Numbered from the stretch's first letter, positions 9,746 to 20,730 are shown. The stretch is DNA of 64,000 bases from an uncultured delta proteobacterium (GCA_963803975.1 CAWDOY010000054.1:32001-96000), one strand, 5' to 3'. The notes: generated by a model from the letters alone, not told the origin. Numbers and translations: made by a program.

Positions 9746-10872
9746 TTATTGCAGGGCTTTGGCCTTATCCTGGATTGCACGGAGCAGATCAAGGTAGGAT
9801 TTTTCGAATGCCTTTACCCCCGCGCTCTGCAAGTCCTGATATATCGTATCCAGACTGATGCCTGCAGCTTCAATCTTTCTGAGCGTTTCCGGGGCAGTAG
9901 CGATCCCTTTTTCTATAGTTGGCTGTGCTACGCCGTGGTCTCTGAAGGCGCTGATGGTTTCCGGCGGCAGGGTGTTTATGGTATGGCTGCCGATGAGCGC
10001 TTCCACGTATTTGACATCACTGTAGCGGGGATCCTTGGTGCCGGTGCTTGCCCAGAGCGGTCTTTGGAGATGCGCACCCTTTTCTTGCAGAGCCTTAAAG
10101 CGGGCGCTGAAAAAGAGCTCTTTAAATATGGCGTAGGTTACCTTGGCAACGGCAATGGCAGTCTGGCCTCTGAGCTCATGGATGGTTACCTTTTGTCCTG
10201 CATCATGGGCCGCCAGGCACAGCTCATCTATCCGCTGGTCAACACTGGTATCAATCCGGCTCAAAAAAAGCTCGCCACCGAATGGACCGTTGACAGGTCA
10301 CGGCCCTGCTTCATCCGCTCTTCTAATCCTTCAATGTAGGCCAGCGCTACTCTCCGGTAATGCTCCGGCGAAAACAAAAGCGTTATATTTACATTACACC
10401 CCCGGGCAATAAGCTCCTTTACTGCTGTCGCACCCTGCGGGGTGCCGGGAACCTTTACCATGATATTGGGCATAGTGATCTCGGAAAGAATGGCCAGAGC
10501 TTCGGCAATGCTCTTTTCAATTTCAAAGGCATGCTGCGGGTTCAGCTCGATAGATACAAAACCATCCTCCCCTGCCGTTTTCTCAAAGACCGGCAGCAGA
10601 AGCCGGCCTGCCTCCCTGATGTCATCGATGGTTATCCGGTGGTATATTGCCGGCGCATCGCTTCCTGCCCGGGCCAGGGCGCCGATCTGTTCATCGTAGT
10701 CAAAGCTTTTGCTCACCGCCTTCATGAAGATGGTGGGATTTGAGGTGATGCCGCATACGCCGTCTTCATCAATAAATCTCTGGAGCGTGCCGTCATGCAG
10801 CTCCTGTCTCTGGATATTATCCAGCCAGAGGCTCTGGCCGCAGGCTTTCAGTTGTCTGGTTCTTGTTGTCAT
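9746..10872 (-). CDS. tal: Transaldolase; frameshift in a poly-T run at about 10262
   Basis: SLWLDNI, GITSNPTIF, VKVPGT, NITLLFS, SVASFF/SRID, LWASTGTK. Confidence 0.92.
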
Positions 10873-10977
10873 GTCCGCCTCGTTTGTAATGGGTGTTCAC
10901 CGGTATTGCGTTTCGCGGGCTGAAAGCTGTCAGCTGTCAGCGTGTTTTTAGAGCTTCATTTGTTTCTGCTGCTTATG

Positions 10978-12792
10978 TCACCTGAGCGGCAGCCGGACCC
11001 GGAAAACCGTCCAGTTTTTCTCCAGGCTGCTTTCAAATTCGACCTGCCCGTTATGCATCACCGTAAACAGCTTTACAATGGCAAGGCCCTGGCCACCGGT
11101 ACCCTCTTTGCCTGCAAGGGTATGCTGATCATTAAAAATTTTTCCCTGAATATCGGGAGGTATTGCACCCGTATTGCCGATCTCAATAACCGCATGCCCG
11201 TCATGGATGAAGGTTGAGACCTGGAGGCGGCCCTGTTTGAGCTCATCAAGCTTCTTCTGGGCATTGTTCAACAGGTTGCCCGCGATCCTGCCGACTTTCT
11301 TGCGGTCAGCAGTAATAAACAGTTCTCCGTCAAGGTGCGCGGCCACTTCTACCGGGGGTCGAAAATAGGACGTTTCCAGGCGTTCCTGCAGGATGTGATT
11401 GAGGTTGATGGTCTCCATCTGGGCAAAGGGAATATTGTCAGTAACAATATCCTCTACTGCCAGCATGCTTTTTGAGAGTTTTTTATACATCTCATTCAGT
11501 TCTTCCGGCGTTGCATCAGGAGCCCTCAGCTTTTTGGTGTAGAGCCGGGCAAGGGCGCTTAGAGAGAGCAGCTGGTTGAAAGAATCATGACGCTCCTGGG
11601 CTCGGAGGGATGACTGAATACACACCTCAATATCCTGAATGAGCGAGTTACAGAAAAATATATCCTCATCCTCAAGGGGCGTTGACTCATCGCCATCGAG
11701 CACCAGGACATGCGTTACCCGCTCCTGCTCGTCTTTTAGCGGGACAAAGTAGACATTTTTAATTTTTTTATGAATATAGAGCGCATAGCTTGCCTTCATG
11801 CGCTCGTCATCCCGGGCGTTTTCTATGAGCAGGGGTGTGCCCGTGTCACATACCTCACGAAAGGCGGGATGATCAATAAAGGAGAGCATGATGCCGTAGC
11901 TGTGGGCTGCCGGCTCTATCGGGTAGCCGGCGATGAGGATGGCCAGCGCATCGCCCCGGGCATCTTTCTCAATGGCAAAGAGGGAGCAGCGTTTAACCTG
12001 TATGATTTCGGCAATCTTTGCCACCAGGAAGCTCAGCACCTGATCAAGTGATTCGGTGCGCTTCAGGATCTGCAGCAGTGCCCGGCGGCTTTGCCGCAGG
12101 ATGTTGGCCTTTTTCTGCAGCTCGAAGCGCCGCTTCTGTGCCAGCACATAGCTGAATCTGCCCACCACGCTGTGAATCAGATTAATCTGCTGCGGGGGAA
12201 AGCTGCGGTCCAGTTCCTTATAATATATCTGCAGGGTGCCGATGAGCACCTCCTTTTTTTCCGTTCCGTCATAATCAGTGAGAAGAATCGGCAGCGCCAG
12301 CATTGAATTGATACCCAGAGAGAGCAGCCGGTCCTTTTCCGCGTACAGGGGCTCGGCGCTTAGATCCCGCACGTAGTAATAGGATTTGGTTTTAATGATC
12401 TGGCCCGCGATGGAGTGCTCATAGGGGATTGCGCCGGTTCTTTCACCTCCCCAGTTATAACTGCCGCTTGCCACCATGACGTTTTTTATCGGATCATAGG
12501 TGCGGCAGGTGGCGCACTCGGCATTAGTCAGCTCGGTAATGTCACGGCACAGGATGGTGAGCAGCTCGTCGCCGGGGATCTCGGGGGGGATGTTCATAAT
12601 ACTGTCTGATATCTTTATTGCCCGCTGCACATCTATCCAGGGATTCTCAAGCATAAATTCCATGCGCTGAATGTCCTCCTGAGAAAGCAGCAGCAGCATG
12701 GTTCTGGTCTTCTCGTCTTCCAGCAGCCGCAGGACCTCAGGATGTTCCTGGAGAAATTTTTCGATGTGTTCAGGGATTGCTATGTTGCTCAT
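10978..12792 (-). CDS. Cytoplasmic GAF-GAF sensor histidine kinase
   Basis: Two GAF-like segments, H-box-like RHDSFNQL, NLLNNA and GGQGLAIVK. Confidence 0.8.
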   Translation of the reverse strand: MSNIAIPEHIEKFLQEHPEVLRLLEDEKTRTMLLLLSQEDIQRMEFMLENPWIDVQRAIKISDSIMNIPPEIPGDELLTILCRDITELTNAECATCRTYDPIKNVMVASGSYNWGGERTGAIPYEHSIAGQIIKTKSYYYVRDLSAEPLYAEKDRLLSLGINSMLALPILLTDYDGTEKKEVLIGTLQIYYKELDRSFPPQQINLIHSVVGRFSYVLAQKRRFELQKKANILRQSRRALLQILKRTESLDQVLSFLVAKIAEIIQVKRCSLFAIEKDARGDALAILIAGYPIEPAAHSYGIMLSFIDHPAFREVCDTGTPLLIENARDDERMKASYALYIHKKIKNVYFVPLKDEQERVTHVLVLDGDESTPLEDEDIFFCNSLIQDIEVCIQSSLRAQERHDSFNQLLSLSALARLYTKKLRAPDATPEELNEMYKKLSKSMLAVEDIVTDNIPFAQMETINLNHILQERLETSYFRPPVEVAAHLDGELFITADRKKVGRIAGNLLNNAQKKLDELKQGRLQVSTFIHDGHAVIEIGNTGAIPPDIQGKIFNDQHTLAGKEGTGGQGLAIVKLFTVMHNGQVEFESSLEKNWTVFRVRLPLR

Positions 12793-12867
12793 GGCAGGAT
12801 GTTATCACCCGTTATGATTACTACCTACTATTATATATAATAAAACCGTTATAAAAATCAACAGGGA

Positions 12868-12903
12868 GAAAAAAAGCCCCGAATCCTTCGGGATCCGGGG
12901 CTG
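12868..12903 (-). terminator. Intrinsic terminator after the S8 peptidase
   Basis: AGCCCCG...CGGGGCT stem next to an A-run (U-run on the minus strand). Confidence 0.65.
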
Positions 12904-12939
12904 GTAAAATCGCGAGGATTTAAAAAAGAGCCGGCGCTG

Positions 12940-14223
12940 TTAATACTGGAGCGCTGCAAAAGCATCAACCAGGCCGTAGCCATACTCATTGTCTTTTTCC
13001 GGCGCCCCGAGATCCTCAGCGGTATTGATGAGCGCGTCCCTGATCTGCTGAGGGCCCCAGGTCGGGTGTTTTGCCTTGATGAGCGCTGCAACGCCTGCGA
13101 CGTGAGGGCTTGCCATGGAGGTGCCGCTCAGGAAATAATAGCCCGAGCCAAAAGCAAAAAATCTGAAGCCAAAGAATTCACTGAAGGTCTCCTGCAGTAC
13201 CCCGCCATTCTTCAGTCCATCGCCATCCGGGTCCTGGGAAGTAACGCCGCCGGGAGCTACCAGGGCAAGCTCCGGCCCGTAGTTGGAATAGAAGGTGCGG
13301 TTCTTGCTATAATCTACCGCACCCACGGCAATAACATTGTCAAAGGCAGCAGGGTAACCCACCTCCCCAATGCCGTCGTTACCGGATGCTGCAATAATCG
13401 TGACGCCATGGTTGTTAACCGCGTCATCTATGGCCTCTTTAAGCAGGGAATAATCATACTCCTGTCCCGTATCCGGGTCACGCCGTGGCCCGCCAAGGCT
13501 CAGGTTGATGATATCTGCTTTATTTTGTGCAGCCCAGTCAATACCATCAATAATCCAGTTCAGGTACGTTTCCCGGCTTCTCATGAAAACTTTTACCGGA
13601 AGGATGGTGGCCCCGTAGGCAACTCCCGCAACGCCGATCCCGTTGTTGGTTTCCTGACCAATAGTGCCGGCCACGTGGGTTCCGTGGTGGTTCTGGTCAA
13701 AGGATGATCCGGGAATATTAAGGATTGCATTGTAGCCTTTAAGGAGCCTGTTGCCGAAGCCATCGGCATTGAAATGAAAGCTTGTATTGACACCGGTATC
13801 AACAACCGCCACCGTAACATTGGCTCCCGTGCTTATGTCCCACGCAGACTCAATGTTAATCAGGGGAAGATTCCACTGCTCTTTATAGTACGGGTCATTC
13901 GGCGTGGAGTAGAGGTGCATGACATAATTCGGTGTGGCACGCTCAACAGCAGGATCTTTCAGCAGCTGCGTGACCTTTGCGGCAACCGTGCCTTCGGGAA
14001 CTTGCACCACGGCAAAGCGCCGGGTGAATGAGTGACTGACGTTCAGTGCGCCAAAGCTGCGCAGCCTGGCAGCCTGCGCCTGATCTGCAACCCCCTGCTT
14101 AAACTTGACCAGTATTTCTCCCGGCGCCCATGGCTGGCCGGTGATTTCTGCTGCGTAGAGCGGTACGCCGACAGCGCATCCCAGTATCAAGACTGTCAGC
14201 AGGCATAGCAAAGTCTTTTTCAT
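12940..14223 (-). CDS. Secreted subtilisin-like S8 serine peptidase
   Basis: Signal peptide, propeptide, triad motifs VDTG, HGTHVAG and [11 protein letters not shown]. Confidence 0.95.
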   Translation of the reverse strand: MKKTLLCLLTVLILGCAVGVPLYAAEITGQPWAPGEILVKFKQGVADQAQAARLRSFGALNVSHSFTRRFAVVQVPEGTVAAKVTQLLKDPAVERATPNYVMHLYSTPNDPYYKEQWNLPLINIESAWDISTGANVTVAVVDTGVNTSFHFNADGFGNRLLKGYNAILNIPGSSFDQNHHGTHVAGTIGQETNNGIGVAGVAYGATILPVKVFMRSRETYLNWIIDGIDWAAQNKADIINLSLGGPRRDPDTGQEYDYSLLKEAIDDAVNNHGVTIIAASGNDGIGEVGYPAAFDNVIAVGAVDYSKNRTFYSNYGPELALVAPGGVTSQDPDGDGLKNGGVLQETFSEFFGFRFFAFGSGYYFLSGTSMASPHVAGVAALIKAKHPTWGPQQIRDALINTAEDLGAPEKDNEYGYGLVDAFAALQY

Positions 14224-14383
14224 GTGCATTTCCTCTTATTATCGTTTTTCTTTTCGCGTGCCGTTATATTTAGATAACATAATTATAAACAGGCGTCGAG
14301 GCCAAAACGTTTCCTGAAATTATGGTACCCTTGAGATAATCATGGAAATGGCAGGGTGAAGTGTTATAAAATAAAAAAAATGC

Positions 14384-14476
14384 GAGCTGGAAGAGATAAG
14401 GAGTTACGATGCTGAAGCTTATTAACTCCTGAACTCCTCAACTCCTGAACTCCTCAACTCCGTAGCTCATAAACTA
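14384..14476. repeat. Octamer tandem array (AACTCCTS) with a short complementary GAG(T/C)T arm
   Basis: AACTCCTG AACTCCTC AACTCCTG AACTCCTC AACTCCGT; a related array lies at 55431-55515. Confidence 0.7.
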
Positions 14477-14518
14477 TATCTGCTCTGTGTTTAATGCTAT
14501 TACTGCTGGGAGGCTGAT

Positions 14519-15016
14519 ATGAATAGAATGCTGGCGGGCATTATATCTGACACGCACGATAACCGCACCAACATTGTCCGGGCGGTTGAGCTGTTTAACC
14601 GCACAGGGGTCTCGTTGGTGATTCATGGCGGGGACATGGTCGCGCCGTTCACCGCCCTTGATTTCAAGGCGCTCAACTGCCCCATGGAGATGGTCTTCGG
14701 CAACAATGATGGTGAGCGCATCGGCCTGGTGAATAGCTTCAGGGGTATCGGTAATCTTCTGCCGGGCCCCCGGACGTTTTCGTTTCAGGGAAAGAAATTT
14801 CTTTTGATGCATGAGCCGGGGTGCCTGGATGACGTCGCCGCTGCTGCCGGCGTGGATGTTATCGTCTACGGCCACACCCATGACGTTGACGTGCGTCCGG
14901 GCCATCCGCTGGTTATTAACCCCGGGGAAGCCGGCGGCTGGCTGACGGGAAAAGCAACCATGGCGCTGCTGGATCTGGAGACAATGACGGTGGAAATAGT
15001 GTCGCTTAACAGCTGA
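14519..15016 (+). CDS. Metallophosphoesterase (YfcE/MJ0936 family)
   Basis: ISDTHDN, HGGD, GNND, YGHTH, INPGE. Confidence 0.92.
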   Translation: MNRMLAGIISDTHDNRTNIVRAVELFNRTGVSLVIHGGDMVAPFTALDFKALNCPMEMVFGNNDGERIGLVNSFRGIGNLLPGPRTFSFQGKKFLLMHEPGCLDDVAAAAGVDVIVYGHTHDVDVRPGHPLVINPGEAGGWLTGKATMALLDLETMTVEIVSLNS

Positions 15017-15030
15017 AGAGGATTCTTTGC

Positions 15031-15456
15031 ATGAACTATGTACCCTATTCCATAAAACAGACCTTTATGGTCAGGCTGCCGCAGGGAGAAGACCTGCTCG
15101 CTGCAGTCGCCGCAGTGGTGAGAGAGACGGGTGTCAGGCTGGGTGTCTTTTCAGTAATCGGGGCTGTCAGCGCTGCAGCCTTTGGCTACTATGACCAGAA
15201 AAGAAGGCAGTATCAAACAATCATCCGGCAGGGCGCATTTGAGATTGTGACCGGCAGCGGCAATGTGACCCTTAAAGACGGCAGCCCCTTTGTCCATGCC
15301 CACATTCTGTTTGCTGATGAGACAGGAAACTCTTTCGGCGGGCACCTCATGTCAGACACCGTTATTTTTGCCGCCGAGCTGTGCCTGCAGGAGCTTGAAG
15401 GCGAGCCGCTGGTCCGGCAGCACGATGATAAGACCGGGCTGTTTCTCTGGAAGTAG
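15031..15456 (+). CDS. PPC/DUF296 domain protein
   Basis: RLPQGEDLL, IGAV, HAHILF, GGHL. Confidence 0.9.
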   Translation: MNYVPYSIKQTFMVRLPQGEDLLAAVAAVVRETGVRLGVFSVIGAVSAAAFGYYDQKRRQYQTIIRQGAFEIVTGSGNVTLKDGSPFVHAHILFADETGNSFGGHLMSDTVIFAAELCLQELEGEPLVRQHDDKTGLFLWK

Positions 15457-15610
15457 CAGGCTGTTGAAAAACACCCGTCTGCGGTGTTGCGCTCATCCTT
15501 CGTCATTGCGACGTACGGTAAGAGTACGCCTCATTCCTGGAGGATTTCGCGCGCCGTGCATCCGGATGTTTTTGACCAGCCTGAGGAAAAACTAATTTTT
15601 CAACAACCTG
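15457..15610 (+). mobile_element. MITE-like repeat, family A, copy 1
   Basis: TIRs CAGGCTGTTGAAAAA / TTTTTCAACAACCTG; similar copies at 53945 and 58693. Confidence 0.85.
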
Positions 15611-15801
15611 ATAGAGATATTTTCTGCGGTGACGCGTACGTGCACGGCTCTTGTAATAACCCCCCTTCATCCCCCTTTCATAATTGTGCCATTGCTGCTG
15701 AACGGTTTGGAGGGTTTTGGGGTAGCGGGACGCGCAATCACATATAATATATAGTATGTCTTGACGCTGAAAAATCCTGCCCCGGCCGGAGGATTCAATT
15801 T

Positions 15802-17550
15802 ATGGACAAAAAAGAAGTCGCAGCCATTCTGGAAGAAATCGCCACGCTCCTGGAGCTGAAGGGAGAAAACCCCTTCAAGTCCCGCGCCTATTCCGCAGGG
15901 GCCCGGGCAGTGGAGTCACTTGATGAGGACCTGCACGCCGTCATTGCTGAAAACCGCCTCAGAGATATCAAGGGAATCGGCGAGGGGCTGGCGCAGAAAA
16001 TTTCTGAACTCATGCACACCGGGCACCTTGCCTATTATGAAGAGCTGAAAAAAGAGATCCCTGAAAGTCTCCGGGACATGCTCAGGATTCCGGGACTTGG
16101 CCCGAAAAAAATCAAAGCACTGCATGAGCAACTGGGCATCAGCACTATCGGCGAACTGGAGTATGCCTGCAATGAAAACCGCCTCCTTGACCTGCCGGGA
16201 TTCGGCGCGAAATCACAGGAAAAAGTGCTGCAGGGCATTTCCTTTCTGAAGAAATATCAGAACCAGTTTCTCTACAGCACCGCCCTTGCAGCGGCACAGT
16301 CCATTCTTGATAACCTCTCGGGCTTACAGCAGGTCATACGGATAAGCCTTGCCGGAAGCATCCGGCGCAGGAAAGAGATTGTAAAGGATATTGACCTGGT
16401 GGTGAGCACCGGGAACAGCGGCCCGGTTATGGATTTTTTTACCACCCTTCCCCGGTTGGAAACCATTATTGCCCGGGGTGATACCAAGTCAAGCATCATC
16501 ACTGCTGCCGGCATCCAGGTTGACCTGAGGACCGTTACTGACAAAGAATTTCCTTTTGCCCTGCACCATTTTACCGGCAGCAAGGAGCACAATATTGCCA
16601 TGCGCGGCCGCGCCATTGAGATGGGCATGAAGATGAACGAGTACGGCTTGTTTAAGGGTGAAAAGCTGGTGCCCTGTAAAGACGAGGAGGAGATATTTAA
16701 CACCCTGAAGCTTGATTACATCCCCCCGGAACTGCGGGAGGACCGGGGAGAAATTGAAGCAGCAGAAAAGCACCTTTTGCCGCGGCTGGTTGAGGAACAA
16801 AACATCCGGGGCACCTTCCATGCCCACACCACGCACAGCGACGGCACCTGCAGCCTGCAGGAACTCATCCATGCGGCACAGCAGCTTGGCTACACATATA
16901 TAGGCATTACCGAGCACAGCCAGAGCGTCTCGTATGCCCGGGGCCTTAAGCCGGACCAGCTGATAGAGCTGTTCAGGGAAATTGACGCAATCAATAAAAA
17001 GCTCAAAGGCTTCCGGGTGTTCAAGGGCACGGAGGCTGATATCCTTGCGGACGGCTCCATTGATTATGACGCTGAACTGTTAGCGCTCTGCGATTTTGTG
17101 ATCGCATCAGTCCATTCTCATTTTACCCAGAGCCAGGCTGAAATAACCGGGCGCATCGTAACGGCGCTCGCAAACCCCTTTGTCACCATGCTCGGCCATC
17201 CCACGGGGCGGCTGCTCTTGTCGCGCGAGCCCTACGCGGTGGACATGATGAAAGTTATAGACGCGGCATCCCGGGAAGGAACTGTTATTGAAATAAACGC
17301 CCACCCCCAGCGGCTCGATCTTGACTGGCGCATGTGCCAGTATGCCAGGGAGAAGGGGGTAAAGGTGAGCATCAATCCCGATGCCCACGCAAGCGCGGGC
17401 CTCAGGGATGTTGCCTATGGCGTCAATATCGCGCGCAAGGGGTGGCTGGAGCCCGGTGATGTGTTAAACACCATGCCGCTTGAAGAGGTCACCCGCTATC
17501 TTGAGCAGCGGAAAAAAAGAGCGCTCTCACTGCTGCAGAAGAAGACGTAG
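15802..17550 (+). CDS. polX: DNA polymerase X with PHP 3'-5' exonuclease domain
   Basis: GENPFKSRAY, GSIRRRKEIVKDID, HFTGSKEHN, HAHTTHSDG, INPDAH. Confidence 0.95.
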   Translation: MDKKEVAAILEEIATLLELKGENPFKSRAYSAGARAVESLDEDLHAVIAENRLRDIKGIGEGLAQKISELMHTGHLAYYEELKKEIPESLRDMLRIPGLGPKKIKALHEQLGISTIGELEYACNENRLLDLPGFGAKSQEKVLQGISFLKKYQNQFLYSTALAAAQSILDNLSGLQQVIRISLAGSIRRRKEIVKDIDLVVSTGNSGPVMDFFTTLPRLETIIARGDTKSSIITAAGIQVDLRTVTDKEFPFALHHFTGSKEHNIAMRGRAIEMGMKMNEYGLFKGEKLVPCKDEEEIFNTLKLDYIPPELREDRGEIEAAEKHLLPRLVEEQNIRGTFHAHTTHSDGTCSLQELIHAAQQLGYTYIGITEHSQSVSYARGLKPDQLIELFREIDAINKKLKGFRVFKGTEADILADGSIDYDAELLALCDFVIASVHSHFTQSQAEITGRIVTALANPFVTMLGHPTGRLLLSREPYAVDMMKVIDAASREGTVIEINAHPQRLDLDWRMCQYAREKGVKVSINPDAHASAGLRDVAYGVNIARKGWLEPGDVLNTMPLEEVTRYLEQRKKRALSLLQKKT

Positions 17551-17565
17551 AAAGTGTGCAGCCAT

Positions 17566-17612
17566 GAACTTATCTGGCAGTATCTGCAGCGCACGGAGAA
17601 GAAGGGCAGGGG
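17566..17612 (+). repeat. Direct repeat, left of the AAA+ ATPase gene
   Basis: GAACTTATCTGGCAGTATCTGCAGCGCACGGAGAAGAAGGGCAGGG, nearly identical to 18917-18962. Confidence 0.85.
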
Positions 17613-17639
17613 CCCCGGCCCGGCTCCATAAAAATTCGA

Positions 17640-17702
17640 TTGACAGGCCGGCGTAATCAGGCTATGACCAGATTAATTTAGTAAATTAATCTGGTCATAG
17701 CC
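17640..17702 (+). promoter_or_regulatory. Sigma70-like promoter overlapped by a perfect 21-bp inverted repeat (operator-like)
   Basis: TTGACA at 17640; GGCTATGACCAGATTAATTTA-G-TAAATTAATCTGGTCATAGCC ends directly before ATG 17703. Confidence 0.75.
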
Positions 17703-18881
17703 ATGTATATACCACGAAAACTGAAGAAAACATTTCAGAGCGCTCTCCGGCACTTTCCTGCGGTCCTGATTACCGGGCCCCGGCAGTCAGGCAAAACCAC
17801 CTTCCTGAAACACGAAACCAAAGATATCAGCTATGTGACCTTTGACGACCCGCTGAATCGTGATTATGCGCTGAAGGATGCGAATGGTTTTCTGGACCAA
17901 TTTAAAGGAAACCCGGTCATCCTTGATGAGATTCAATATGTGCCGGAGCTTCTGCAGTATATCAAGATACGGATAGACCGGAAGCGGACGCCCGGCGTGT
18001 GGATCATGACCGGCTCGCAGCAGTTCCATCTGATGAAGAATATCAGCGAGACGCTTGCCGGAAGAATCGCCATTCTTGAGCTGGGGCCCTTCAACCTGCA
18101 GGAAGGCAGAAGCAGAAAAAAGAATCTTGAAGATTTCCTGTGGACCGGTCTTTTTCCCGAGCCTGCCTGCTATCCTGAAAAGCGCGATTTGTGGCTCAAT
18201 GCGTATATTCAAACCTATGTTGAGCGGGATATCCGCCAGATTGAAAATATACGTGACTTCCGGTCATTCGAAATGTTTGTCAACCTGAGCGCGGCATTTC
18301 ACTCCCAGGAATTTCATCCGGCAACGCTGGCCAGAACCTGCGGTGTAAGCCAGACGGCCATTACCTCGTGGGCAAAAATACTTGAGGCAAGCTATCTTGC
18401 TTTCATGCTCCCGCCCTTTTATAAAAACTTCGGCAAGCGGGTCATTAAGACCTCCAAGTTTTATGTAACAGACCCTTCCCTGGTTTGTTTTCTTACCCGG
18501 CAGCCTTCACCGGAAGCAGCGCTCAGGGGGAATATGGGAGGAGCGCTGTTTGAAGGCTTACTAATAAGCGAAGTGTGGAAGGCTTTTTTTAACCAGGGGA
18601 AAAGGCCCTCGGCCTTTTTCTGGCGCTCACAGGACGGAACAGAGGTTGATTTAATTATCCAGGCACAGGGGAAGCTCATACCCATAGAGATCAAGCTGAC
18701 TTCTACCCCTTCTGTTCATCATCTCAAGGGTATTACCAGTTTTAAGGAACTTGTGGGAAGGGAAGCCGCTTCGCAGGGCATACTGGTCTGCAATACTGCC
18801 AGAAAAATTGACCTGCCCGGCAACAATATAGCATTGCCCTGGTCCAAGTTTTCTGAGTGGCTGGAGAAGATTGTTGTGTGA
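17703..18881 (+). CDS. AAA+ ATPase (AAA_14) with DUF4143 / PD-(D/E)xK C-terminus
   Basis: GPRQSGKTT, LDEIQ, TGSQQ, ETLAGR, TYVERDI, EVDLII...IEIK. Confidence 0.92.
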   Translation: MYIPRKLKKTFQSALRHFPAVLITGPRQSGKTTFLKHETKDISYVTFDDPLNRDYALKDANGFLDQFKGNPVILDEIQYVPELLQYIKIRIDRKRTPGVWIMTGSQQFHLMKNISETLAGRIAILELGPFNLQEGRSRKKNLEDFLWTGLFPEPACYPEKRDLWLNAYIQTYVERDIRQIENIRDFRSFEMFVNLSAAFHSQEFHPATLARTCGVSQTAITSWAKILEASYLAFMLPPFYKNFGKRVIKTSKFYVTDPSLVCFLTRQPSPEAALRGNMGGALFEGLLISEVWKAFFNQGKRPSAFFWRSQDGTEVDLIIQAQGKLIPIEIKLTSTPSVHHLKGITSFKELVGREAASQGILVCNTARKIDLPGNNIALPWSKFSEWLEKIVV

Positions 18882-18916
18882 GGGAGAAGGGCATGACCGT
18901 GCCGCCCTGCATCGAA

Positions 18917-18962
18917 GAGCTTATCTGGCAGTACCTCCAGCGCACGGAGAAGAAGGGCAGGG
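18917..18962 (+). repeat. Direct repeat, right of the AAA+ ATPase gene
   Basis: GAGCTTATCTGGCAGTACCTCCAGCGCACGGAGAAGAAGGGCAGGG. Confidence 0.85.
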
Positions 18963-19108
18963 TAGAAAGTGGGGACATCCACTAATAAAAATATCAGTTG
19001 GTAGTTTTGATACCAAGTATTGTGGGAAAGTCCCTCAATTTTCTCTGCATAAAAAAAGCGATGCAACAGGCAACATGCATCGCTTTAAAATACCTCACAG
19101 CAAAATGA

Positions 19109-20635
19109 TTACTGGGTCACCGTGACATTGACGCTCTTTATATCTGATTGCTTTCCATCGTCATCCTCGACCATAACACTGACCTTATGTGAGCCGGCGC
19201 CAAGCTGAACGCCGTATAATTTATAGATACCCCATCCACCCCAATCTTCGGCTTCGCTAAGATCGCCATCCCAATCCCAATAATAAAACAGTACAAACCC
19301 GTCATCAGTATCCTCAGCCTGACAGGTTAAGGTGAATTCTGTATTTATGTCGCCGGAAGAGGGATTTACCGTAAAAGAATCAATAATTGGTTTGCCGCCT
19401 TGTGATGGAATAGTAGTAGTTACGCCCCCCGGAATGCTGGTTGTTATTCCACCAGGTATAGTCGTTGTTACCCCACCGGGAATAGTCGTTGTGACGCCCC
19501 CGGGAATAGTGGTAGTGCCGGCATTAATCGAGCTTGTGGTGCTGGGTGGCACGCCGCCATTGGTAATATGCTCTATTGCTTTTTCCAGCACATAATCATG
19601 TGAATCATCAAGGCTTTGTTCGGCCGGAATTTTAATGTCAGGCTCAATTCCTTTATCTTCAATTTCAATCATTTCATCCGTATAGGCAATCCAGATCGAA
19701 ACCGCGTAGCTCACCTTATTTGGCAGGCTGAATTCTTTGGGGCTACCCGAGGCACCGCGCGTCTTGTCTCCCATTAGCGTCAGGTTGGGGCACGCCCGCA
19801 TCATAAGCGTACACCATTCGGCAGAACTCATGCATTTTTGACCGATCAGTCCTACTACCGGTTTATTAAAGTGCGTGCCGCTGCTGGGTTCAAGCGTGTG
19901 TGTTTCAAGCTCTGAAAATGCGTCATGATCTGCTCCGGGGATGCGGGTTTTAGTATACCCGTAGATACGCGGCTCATCCGTTAAACGGGAGATAAACATT
20001 TCAGCATTATCTTCAGATCCACCACTATTGGGGCGAATGTCAATGATCAGTCCGTCCGCATCAGCGTAGGTGACAAAAAGATTTTCAATGTCCTGGTCAC
20101 TGATGTTTTTAAATTTTTCAATTTCAAATGAGTCAATCCTGATGTAGCCGATATTCTCATTCCCGTTCAGAATAACCTTATCGTGCCATATAACATCGCC
20201 GATTTTCTGATATCCGTTCTTCGCGTATGCGTTGCGGGGATTGTTGGTAAAGTTTCCGTTAACCGTACCATTATACCCTACGGCCTCACCATTAGGCTTG
20301 GTGACTGATACATGCCAGTCATGCAGCACCTGCAGCACATTGTTGAATTCATCTGCAAATTGATCTGCAGTCATATTCTTCTGGAAATTAGGCTGATACT
20401 GGGTCTTAACTGCATCCCAGTCAACATTCTTATAGGTAAAATAAGAGTAGTTCTGATCAAAATCTTTCCAGGCCTGTTCAAACAGGTCTGCGGCCGACTG
20501 ACCACCATTATTACACCCCGACGTACCATAAAGAAGAAGTGGTAATAGGACCACTAAAACAATTCCCAATTTCATCCTGGTAATGCAATGCCATGTAAAC
20601 AAAACAGAAAACAGTTTTTTAGCCCTGGTAACCAT
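19109..20635 (-). CDS. S41 family peptidase, probable lipoprotein, with TTTIPGG linker and PKD-like C-terminal domain
   Basis: Lipobox-like TSGC, IDIRPNSGG, MSSAE, GIEPD, TTTIPGG repeats; AGGAG RBS before ATG 20635. Confidence 0.88.
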   Translation of the reverse strand: MVTRAKKLFSVLFTWHCITRMKLGIVLVVLLPLLLYGTSGCNNGGQSAADLFEQAWKDFDQNYSYFTYKNVDWDAVKTQYQPNFQKNMTADQFADEFNNVLQVLHDWHVSVTKPNGEAVGYNGTVNGNFTNNPRNAYAKNGYQKIGDVIWHDKVILNGNENIGYIRIDSFEIEKFKNISDQDIENLFVTYADADGLIIDIRPNSGGSEDNAEMFISRLTDEPRIYGYTKTRIPGADHDAFSELETHTLEPSSGTHFNKPVVGLIGQKCMSSAEWCTLMMRACPNLTLMGDKTRGASGSPKEFSLPNKVSYAVSIWIAYTDEMIEIEDKGIEPDIKIPAEQSLDDSHDYVLEKAIEHITNGGVPPSTTSSINAGTTTIPGGVTTTIPGGVTTTIPGGITTSIPGGVTTTIPSQGGKPIIDSFTVNPSSGDINTEFTLTCQAEDTDDGFVLFYYWDWDGDLSEAEDWGGWGIYKLYGVQLGAGSHKVSVMVEDDDGKQSDIKSVNVTVTQ

Positions 20636-20730
20636 TGAAAGCTCCTTTCTAAAAAATTGGTTAGTGAACATAGTTATGCCGAAACCCTTGCGCCGGATCA
20701 TGATTAAAATTGTTAAGATTATATATAATT

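Noticed and set aside
14424..14476. CRISPR array
   Set aside because: Contiguous 8-mer tandem units with no spacers and no cas genes.
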